Assembly (NCBI GenBank): GCA_965213685.1
Contig: CBDBZY010000017.1
Location: 1-14,563, forward strand
Direction of reading: 5' to 3'
From: a bacterium
GTDB taxonomy: Bacteria; UBA8248
DNA: 14,563 nt
Shown piece by piece: positions 7,957 through 14,104 of the stretch. A program made the translations under genes and the position numbers. Positions within the stretch are counted from its first letter, which is position 1; every line of letters begins with the position of its first letter. The notes below the pieces were generated by a model that saw only the letters and a program-made list of their open reading frames with translations, made no database searches and was not told the DNA's origin.

Positions 7957-8149
7957 GCACAAGCCGAAGTCAACCGTTACCAAGTACGAAATGCCCCTGA
8001 CCTGGCGGGAGTTCACGGGCAGGCTTGGGGTTCCCGAGGGGACGGACACGGTGTCTATTAGCGACGGAAGCTTTGGGCGTGCGTTTGTATGTGAGACGAA
8101 GGAAGGAATCGTGATCGCATGGGATAGGGAGGAGCGCCACGATGTCTGA
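7949..8149 (+). CDS. Hypothetical protein, 66 aa (MSEHKPKSTVTK...)
   Basis: ATG 7949 with GAGGAG at 7933-7938. 8-nt overlap with the upstream gene. Shares an EFxxxLGxP motif with the next gene. Confidence 0.7.
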   Translation: MSEHKPKSTVTKYEMPLTWREFTGRLGVPEGTDTVSISDGSFGRAFVCETKEGIVIAWDREERHDV

Positions 8150-8420
8150 TAAGCCGCACACCTTGAGGAAGCGCATTGAGACCTACTCGATCGGAATCGC
8201 CGGCGAGCGGCACGCGACGACATGCGAGAAGCACGCGCTCACCGTGGAGGGCCACGAGTTTCTCAGGGCCCTCGGGCTTCCGAGCGACATTAGCGGGCCT
8301 GTTTGGATCCGTGTCTACGACGCCAATCGCTGCTTCGAGCCGGAGAAATCCATGGAGTGCTATCTGCCGTCCCCGCGCGGGTTCGTGCAGTTCTCGTGGA
8401 GCCGAGTGGCGCACCACTAA
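8142..8420 (+). CDS. Hypothetical protein, 92 aa
   Basis: GGAGGAG SD at 8128-8134. 8-nt overlap upstream and TAATG overlap downstream. Confidence 0.72.
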   Translation: MSDKPHTLRKRIETYSIGIAGERHATTCEKHALTVEGHEFLRALGLPSDISGPVWIRVYDANRCFEPEKSMECYLPSPRGFVQFSWSRVAHH

Positions 8421-8608
8421 TGGCTGACCTCGACCTGGCCGACGTCGCTTGCCGAATGCTCTCGGATCTCGTGTGTAGAGAGGTCCTCGAGACTCCGCGC
8501 CTTGCGCGCACCTACGTGGCGTGGGACACGAGTGATGTCCTGCGCTACCCAACCGCAGAGGAGGCACGCGAGTATCTCGTGGAGAGCCGAGATGCCGAGG
8601 AAGCGTAA
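8420..8608 (+). CDS. Hypothetical protein, 62 aa (MADLDLADVACRM...)
   Basis: TAATG overlap at 8418-8422. Fills the gap in the coupled gene chain. Confidence 0.6.
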   Translation: MADLDLADVACRMLSDLVCREVLETPRLARTYVAWDTSDVLRYPTAEEAREYLVESRDAEEA

Positions 8609-8708
8609 GCGAGTCCTGGCGGAGAATTTCGGCGTAAGCCGGTTTGCCATTCAGAAGGTGGCCACCGGCGCACGCTGGACCCACATCCCCTGGCCTAATG
8701 AGACGTAA
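8592..8708 (+). CDS. Miniature HTH DNA-binding peptide, 38 aa (like the C-terminal HTH of phage HNH endonucleases)
   Basis: GGAG 8581-8584 then ATG 8592. MPRKRKRVLAENFGVSRFAIQKVATGARWTHIPWPNET matches the LAxxFGVSxxxIxxIxxGxxWxH pattern. Confidence 0.55.
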   Translation: MPRKRKRVLAENFGVSRFAIQKVATGARWTHIPWPNET

Positions 8709-9015
8709 GCCGCGCCATAAGTTCCATGCGCAGCCCACGGAGCGCGACGGACAACGATTTGACTCCAAGCTAGAGGCCCGCGTTTACGACCGCCTGAAGC
8801 TGCAGCAAGGCGCCGGAGAGGTGGTGTTCTTCCTGCGACAGACGCGCTTTGATCTCCCCGGCGGGGTGACCTACCGCTGCGACTTTCAGGTCTTCTACGC
8901 CGACGGCACAGTGGCCTTCCTGGACGCAAAGGGGTTCCGCACGCCACAGTACGTGCGCTCTAAGAAGCAAGTCGAATCGCTGTACCCGGTCACGATTGAG
9001 GAGGTCACTCGCTAG
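8698..9015 (+). CDS. DUF1064-family PD-(D/E)xK nuclease-like protein, 105 aa
   Basis: HKFHAQPTERDGQRFDSKLEARVY..LRQTRFDL..YRCDF..LDAKGFRTPQY..KK is the typical DUF1064 motif set. ATG 8698 overlaps the upstream gene. Confidence 0.85.
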   Translation: MRRKPRHKFHAQPTERDGQRFDSKLEARVYDRLKLQQGAGEVVFFLRQTRFDLPGGVTYRCDFQVFYADGTVAFLDAKGFRTPQYVRSKKQVESLYPVTIEEVTR

Positions 9016-10414
9016 ATGAAGCTACTACTGCTCGCGTTCTTGGCCCTTTGGGCCCCGCAGGACACAGACATTCCCCCGACGAAGGAGGTGATTGAGGAGC
9101 TCGAGTCCGGGCAGCCCCCCGCCCCTCCGGACGTCAGCGAAACCCTCGAGGCCGTGGTCAAGGGCGCGCGGGGGAAGAATCTCAAAGAGATCGACCTCTC
9201 GGTCCGGCCTCCGGGCGAGGTCGGGGGGATGGACTTCAACTGGCCCGGGTGGACGGGCAACCGCACGAAGATCAACACGGAGGGATACGACGGGGTGCGT
9301 ATCCTCGGGCAGGGCGTCAACGCGACGGTTATCACGCCCGGGTACGAGGCCGCGTTCGTCTTCGGGCAGGGGACGGGGTTCGTCGAGATCTCGAACCTCA
9401 CGATCGTTTGCGGCAAGTCCTTCGGGATCAAGTGGGGTACGGCCCGGGGTGAGTGGGTCGACGACGGAAAGGGGGGCCAGCGGTACGTCGAGCGCCGCGA
9501 CACGCACTACCCCAACGACTTCCTCAGCCTCCGGAACGTTCGGGTTATCACCTCCGATCCGCCGCCGACAGGGCCGCGTACGACCACGAAGTGGGGCGTT
9601 CACACGATCAATGTGGACATTCACTTCCGAAACGTCGTTTTCGACATGCCCTATTCCGCGGAGCACGCGCTCTATGCGCACGGCTTCGCCAAGTACGGTG
9701 CCCTGTGGCGTGACGTCGTCATCGAGGCCGTGGGGGCGGAGGGCTTCAAGGCCGCATCGCGCCCCTGGGAGTGCTTCTGGGCGCCAGAGGCGCAGATCTT
9801 CATCGACCGTTGCGAGTTCCGAAACTTCAACCAGCCTTGGAGCTGGCGGGGTGGCGCGGGGATCGCTCTTGCGGGAAGTGGTGCGCAATACATCCACGTG
9901 AAGCGCTGTCTCTTTGTGGGGCGCCCCAACGAGGAGCCGGGCGGCCCGCCGAAGGATCAGCTCTTCATGATGAGCGACGGTCTCTCAACGATTCAGAGCG
10001 CGGAGAACAACCGCATGCGCTACTACGACCACAACGGGGTCCCCGGGGGTCCTGGGAGCGCGAATGGGCACGTTCTGATCGAGGATTCGGCCTTCCAGGG
10101 GTACGGAGGCGGGAACCGCGAGAACATCCGCTTGGGGACGCTCTACCCGGGCTACGAAGAGCTCGGACTTCCTCCCCACACAATCGCGCAGAGCTTTACC
10201 ATGCGTCGGTGCGCGTTCTACGGGCCCCCCTTCATGGGCAACCGAACGAGGGCATCGATCATGGACGTCGCGTTCGACAGGATCCACGTCCGTGAACAAC
10301 AACACCGAAGACCTCAAGACCCTGGCGGAGGAGGAGCTCGGGTTTGACACGCAGTTCGAGGGGTGGCTCTACACGGAGAGCGTGAGCCGACCTTTCAGTG
10401 AGGGCACGCGGTGA
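9016..10414 (+). CDS. Exported right-handed beta-helix (pectin-lyase-fold-like) protein; apparent +1 frameshift near 10284
   Basis: GAGGAGG SD and signal peptide MKLLLLAFLALWAPQD. Beta-helix-like rungs (VRILGQGVNATVI, VEISNLTI, LSLRNVRV, IHFRNVVF, IFIDRCEF, IHVKRCLF, VLIEDSAF, FTMRRCAF). As read it stops at 10347. Removing one C at 10284-10285 gives ..DRITSVNNNTEDLKTLAEEELGFDTQFEGWLYTESVSRPFSEGTR, whose TGA (10412-10414) overlaps the next GTG. Confidence 0.7.
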
Positions 10415-11043
10415 GGGCCCTTGTGGGCGCGCTCCTGCTGGGCACCGCGTTCGCGGTCCTGGCGCTGAGGGAGGAGCCCGCCCGGGAGCGCGAAGCTCCC
10501 ACGGTGAGAGAAGAGCAGCGGGGAGGGATTCCGAAGGACCGTCCGTCAGTGGTGGCGGCTCCAGAGGAGGAGACTCCGGGGGGATTCTCTTCCCTCCCCG
10601 CTCACCCCGCCCCCGAGCCCACGTTTGAGGAGCTCCTGCTCGCCGAGATCGAGCTCCAGGGTGCCGAGGATGAGGCGGGGCTCTGGTTTGACGCAGAGGC
10701 GGAGATCCTCAGCGACACGGCGCGGTACGCCCCCACGCGGGAGAACCTCGTGCAGCGTCTCAAGGACCTCCAGCTCGAGGCCCACCTCCTCGACCTCGAT
10801 CTCGACCGCATCCTCGAGAGTATCGAGCTCCAGGAGTGGCTGTACGCCGATGCTGCAGCCAACGCCGTTCAAGGGCTCTTCCTCGACACGGAGGAGACCA
10901 ACGAAACGCTCCTGCGACTCCGGGAGGAGCTGTCGCAGGTGCAGAGGGAGGCTTTTCGCCGTGTCCTCTTGGTCGATCGGCAACATGGGCCGGTCGCTCT
11001 CGAGGACTATCTCGCCACCATGTTTTCCGAGGAAAGCGAATGA
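10411..11043 (+). CDS. Membrane-anchored/exported acidic helical protein, 210 aa
   Basis: N-terminal MRALVGALLLGTAFAVLAL, a Pro/Glu linker, then a Glu/Leu-rich helical domain. Stop overlaps the next ATG. Confidence 0.75.
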   Translation: MRALVGALLLGTAFAVLALREEPAREREAPTVREEQRGGIPKDRPSVVAAPEEETPGGFSSLPAHPAPEPTFEELLLAEIELQGAEDEAGLWFDAEAEILSDTARYAPTRENLVQRLKDLQLEAHLLDLDLDRILESIELQEWLYADAAANAVQGLFLDTEETNETLLRLREELSQVQREAFRRVLLVDRQHGPVALEDYLATMFSEESE

Positions 11044-11456
11044 GGAAGCTACTAGCGACGCTGTGCGCTGCGCTGCTCCTGAGCGGCTCGGCCCTTGCTC
11101 AAGGGGTGAACTCCCCTTCCGTCAACAACGGCTCTCGTTGGGTCCACGAGGGTGGATACGAGGTCACGTTCAACGTGAAGGCCGATCATCTTCACAACTG
11201 CGGGGACCTCTCCGCGCGTGACTCTACGGGGAAGTCCGGGAAGGTTGGGATCACCCCCGGCCCGGGGGACTCTGCGAAGAAGTCTGGAATCGTCCACACC
11301 CCCGGCGGCAACTCCTACCGCGTGCGCGCGGGGAAAGCCCAAGTGAAGACACCCACGGGCTGGCAGAACATGAAGCCGGGCTCGGACGACGTCACCACCT
11401 CCCCGCTCGAGAAGGAGAAGGGCGGGAAGGAGTCCTCCCCGCCAACCCCGGGGTAG
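11040..11456 (+). CDS. Small secreted protein with Sec signal peptide, 138 aa
   Basis: ATGA overlap at 11040 with GAGGA upstream. MRKLLATLCAALLLSGSALA-Q has an A-x-A cleavage site. The mature part is Gly/Ser/Thr-rich and beta-like. Confidence 0.78.
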   Translation: MRKLLATLCAALLLSGSALAQGVNSPSVNNGSRWVHEGGYEVTFNVKADHLHNCGDLSARDSTGKSGKVGITPGPGDSAKKSGIVHTPGGNSYRVRAGKAQVKTPTGWQNMKPGSDDVTTSPLEKEKGGKESSPPTPG

Positions 11457-11464
11457 GTTTCTCC

Positions 11465-11806
11465 AGCCCGCGCGCGGGAACCGTCACTCTTGGGGGCAAG
11501 AGGGCGCGCGGGCTTCGCACTCTCACTACCTCTTGCGCCCTCCCCCTTGGGCCCCGCCGCGTACGGGCATTCGCGCGGCGGGGCCCTCTTCGTGGAAAAG
11601 AGGGAGCCCGAGAGAGGTCGCCGAGTCTCGGGCTCCCAGGTGCCGTGGGTTGTGGGGTCGACCGAGGGGGGGCACAACCCGTTGGGGCACCGCGCAGGGG
11701 GATCGTACCTGAAAAAGCGAAGGCCGCCCCACCGAGGCGGAGAGGGCGACCTTGCCGTGTCGAAGCCCGTGACATAGGCTCCAACGAATGAAGTTGGCAT
11801 CTTCGA
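11465..11806. ncRNA. Candidate structured RNA / cis-regulatory leader upstream of the replication gene
   Basis: Consecutive perfect stems: 11 bp (11465-11475/11504-11514), 13 bp (11549-11561/11574-11586), 12 bp (11602-11613/11626-11637), 6+8 bp (11639-11644/11686-11691 and 11647-11654/11673-11680). Also a 10-bp one-mismatch stem (11720-11729/11744-11753). No convincing CDS. Confidence 0.55.
11712..11755 (-). terminator. Putative intrinsic terminator on the minus strand
   Basis: The minus strand reads GCAAGGUCGCCC-loop-GGGCGGCCUUCGC-UUUUU. The plus-strand C/A mismatch becomes a G-U pair on the minus strand, and the hairpin is followed by a U5 tract (A5 at 11712-11716). Confidence 0.45.
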
Positions 11807-11820
11807 GAGCAGTGTAGCCC

Positions 11821-12709
11821 ATGAGCCGCAAGGGTAAGCCTGTGGCTTTCCAGTTCTACGCAGCGGACTGGAGGGGGGACCCACAGGTGCAGCGGATGAC
11901 TTTCGCGGCGCGCGGGGTCTACATCGAGCTCCTGGCGTGTGCGTTCCAGGACCGGGGCCGCCTCCCTGGGGATCCAGAGGAGATCCGTCGGGTGGCTGGC
12001 GTGGACCGCGACGAGTGGCTCGAGGTGTGGGGGCAGCTCGAGCGCCACTGGCCCGTGATCGACGGCGAGCGCCACAACCCGAAGTTGACGCGAGTCATGG
12101 AGGAGCAGACGGGAGCACCGGGAAAAAAGGTCCGAGGCGGGCAAGGCGGGAGCGGCGGCCCGATGGCAATCGCATAGCGATCGCAATGCGGACGCAATGC
12201 CAAGGGGTATGGCAAACGATAGCTCTCCTTCTCCTTCTCCTTCTCCTTCTCCTTCTCCTTCTCCTACTCCAGGAGCAGAAGAACCCGCGCGTGCGCGCGA
12301 GGGGGGGGCTTCGCCCCCGGAGGCTTCGCCTCCCCCCCCTGCCGCTGCTCCTCGATCGAAGGCGGTCTCTTGGGAAGAGGCTCTGTCCAGCCACCCGGAG
12401 CTCTTGGGGGCCCCTGGGGTGCTCGAGGCCCTCCGGGACTGGCAGGACATGAGGCGGCGCAAGAAGTGTCCGCTCACTCCGCTAGGCGCCGCCCGAGCGG
12501 CCGCCACCCTCGCGCGGATTTCCCCGACCCCCGACGCGGCCGTGAGGTACATCCAGGTGGCGACCGATTGCGGCTGGAGAAGCTTCCACGTCCCGAAGGG
12601 TGAGCAGGGGCGAGAGGAGTTCTCTCTCCGTGGCCCAGAGGTCGTCGGGAATCCATTTTTGACCCGCAAGCTCCGTGAAGAGGCGGAGGGTAGCTATGGG
12701 CCAGGTTGA
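11821..12709 (+). CDS. Phage replication initiator, DUF1376/YdaU-like N-terminus; split by apparent +1 frameshift near 12109
   Basis: FQFYAADWRGD..MTFAARGVYIELL..GRLPGD..NPKL is a DUF1376-type N-terminus. The +1 frame continues REHREKRSEAGKAGAAARW, a typical following motif, and joins ORF 12197-12709. That ORF has an (SP)7 linker and a C-terminal DWQDMRRRKKCPLT..GWRSF initiator-like domain. Joined length is 295 aa. Confidence 0.8.
12163..12223 (+). repeat. Degenerate 11-bp-period iteron-like repeats inside the initiator gene (candidate replication origin)
   Basis: ATGGCAATCGC / ATAGCGATCGC / AATGCGGACGC / AATGCCAAGGG then ATGGCAAACG-ATAGC. The position in the inter-domain linker matches lambda-O-type origins. 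Confidence 0.5.
12224..12265 (+). repeat. Perfect hexamer microsatellite (TCTCCT)7 encoding (Ser-Pro)7
   Basis: Directly visible in the sequence. Confidence 0.95.
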
Positions 12710-13169
12710 GGCAGAAATGACCATGTGGCAGTGGATCGAGGCCTTCTTCGCTCGCTACGACGGGAAACGGGAGAAGCTCATAATGCGCGAGGCATTGCGC
12801 GACCTGGACGACAACTCCTGGATGGCTCTCCGTGCGATGAGCGAGGAGTTTCCCCCCTCCACGCTGCCCTACGCGGAGCGCAAGCGCCGCGAGAGCATGC
12901 TCCAGGCCGTCCTTGCGCGTATGCCCAAGAAGCGCCACGGGGACATAGAGTGGGCCCACCCGTACAGCGAGACGTTCGCCCTTGAGGCCCTCCGGTGCGA
13001 CCGAGAGGCCGACCCCGGGCCCTACCGGGGGAACGCATCGAGCTACGAAGAGTTCCGGCTGCGCCCCTGGAGGGTTGAGGCCCGGCGGGGCGGCTGCGTC
13101 AATCGCGACCTCAGCGAGTACGCAAGGACCGTTCGAGCCGCCTACGCGGCGTGGAGGGGAGCGCGATGA
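12696..13169 (+). CDS. Hypothetical protein downstream of initiator (helicase-loader position), 157 aa
   Basis: ATG 12696 with GGAGGG at 12685-12690, overlapping the initiator 3' end. No Walker A motif seen, so it is not DnaC-like. Confidence 0.7.
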   Translation: MGQVEAEMTMWQWIEAFFARYDGKREKLIMREALRDLDDNSWMALRAMSEEFPPSTLPYAERKRRESMLQAVLARMPKKRHGDIEWAHPYSETFALEALRCDREADPGPYRGNASSYEEFRLRPWRVEARRGGCVNRDLSEYARTVRAAYAAWRGAR

Positions 13170-13381
13170 GCGACCGCCCCACCCTCGAGCGCCTCAGGGA
13201 CCTCCACCGCCGCGAGGCCCTGTCCCACTGGCGCAAGTACCGCAGCTATGTCGCTGCGCTGGCTCTCCTGCGCCCTGCTGGCGAAACGGAGCCAGAATCG
13301 ACCGGAGACCCGTCCAGCCAAGAAACGCCAGCACAGGGCAACATAGAGCCCCTCAGGGGTAGGAAAGTTTTTCCGACATGA
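13166..13381 (+). CDS. Hypothetical protein, 71 aa
   Basis: ATGA overlaps at both ends, with GGAGGGGAG upstream. Confidence 0.7.
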   Translation: MSDRPTLERLRDLHRREALSHWRKYRSYVAALALLRPAGETEPESTGDPSSQETPAQGNIEPLRGRKVFPT

Positions 13382-13668
13382 GCAACGAAACGCAGAAGAA
13401 GCCGATCCTCCTTTGCGCGGGCCAGAATGGGCGCGCGCTCGTCTACGGGTACGTCTCCGAGGAGCCCTCCCCGGGGGAGCCTGTGGAGCTGGGGAGGGCC
13501 CGGATGGTGATCAGCTACCCATCGGGGGGGACGTTTGGGCTGGCCGCTGTGGGGCCCCCGGAAGGGTCGAGGGTGACGCACGCCGTGTCGCGGGTAGTTG
13601 AGACGGCGTGGCAGGAGTGGCTCGAGGTGAGCCCAGCGGCGGCGGAGGCTTTCGATGGCTGGACTTAG
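13378..13668 (+). CDS. Conserved small phage protein, DUF6948-like, 96 aa
   Basis: RALVYGY..VELGRARMVISY..GTFGLAAVGP..SRV..V..EVSPAAAEAF resembles the DUF6948-type phage family that usually neighbours GYGDG-repeat genes. Family name assigned from memory of the motif. Confidence 0.6.
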   Translation: MSNETQKKPILLCAGQNGRALVYGYVSEEPSPGEPVELGRARMVISYPSGGTFGLAAVGPPEGSRVTHAVSRVVETAWQEWLEVSPAAAEAFDGWT

Positions 13669-14104
13669 CGGATCCAGGCTCGGGTCCGGGTACGGGTACG
13701 GGGACGGGTACGGGGACGGGGCCGGGTTCGGGTCCGGGTGCGGGACCGGGCTCGGGTCCGGGTACGGGGACGGGGACGGGTACGGGGACGGGTTCGGGGA
13801 CGGGTCCGGGCTCGGATTCGGGTTCGGGGGCGGGGACGGGTCCGGGCTCGGATTCGGGTTCGGGGGCGGGACCGGGCTCGGATTCGGGTTCGACGGGCAC
13901 GGGGACTTCGCTGGGACGCTAGGCGACTACAGCGTCATAGTCTTCCCGCCCTGGGGTTACGTTGCCGTCGGGTGCGAAGTGCACCCTCTCAGCTATTGGC
14001 TTGTCGCTCTCGATGAGATCGCAAAGCGGAACAAGGAGGAGGGCCTTATCGAGGAGGCCGATGAGCTGCTAAGGTCAATCGCAATCAAACTAGAAACAAC
14101 ATGA
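13655..14104 (+). CDS. Glycine-rich (Gly-X)n GYGDG-repeat phage protein with C-terminal VGCExH..W domain, 149 aa
   Basis: GGAGG SD at 13644-13648. GSGYGYGDGYGDGAGFGSG... followed by YVAVGCEVHPLSYW. ATGA overlap with the next gene. Confidence 0.8.
   Translation: MAGLSGSRLGSGYGYGDGYGDGAGFGSGCGTGLGSGYGDGDGYGDGFGDGSGLGFGFGGGDGSGLGFGFGGGTGLGFGFDGHGDFAGTLGDYSVIVFPPWGYVAVGCEVHPLSYWLVALDEIAKRNKEEGLIEEADELLRSIAIKLETT
13682..13906 (+). repeat. Degenerate (GGGNNC)n hexamer tandem array with higher-order duplications
   Basis: Near-continuous GGG-NNC units. GGGGACGGGTCCGGGCTCGGATTCGGGTTCGGGGGC is present twice in tandem, with a partial third copy. Confidence 0.9.

Noticed and set aside
11465-11755. CRISPR array or tRNA interpretation of the hairpin series
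   Set aside because: The stems differ in sequence (no direct repeats with spacers), and no cloverleaf with T-loop GTTCRA and acceptor stem was found.
11937-12452. ORF with a poly-Leu 'transmembrane' stretch (the -1 frame of the initiator)
   Set aside because: The poly-Leu is the alternative reading of (TCTCCT)7. The conserved initiator motifs are in the other frames.
13511-14016. Alternative-frame repeat ORFs (PEPEPG, GTGTG, RVRVRG)
   Set aside because: They are by-products of the hexamer array. Only the 13655-14104 frame has an SD, a globular C-terminal domain and ATGA coupling.
14090-14098. CTAGAAACA identical to 5279-5287 of the putative operator, just upstream of ATG 14101
   Set aside because: It is only a partial, non-palindromic match inside a coding region, with no promoter evident, and could be chance.
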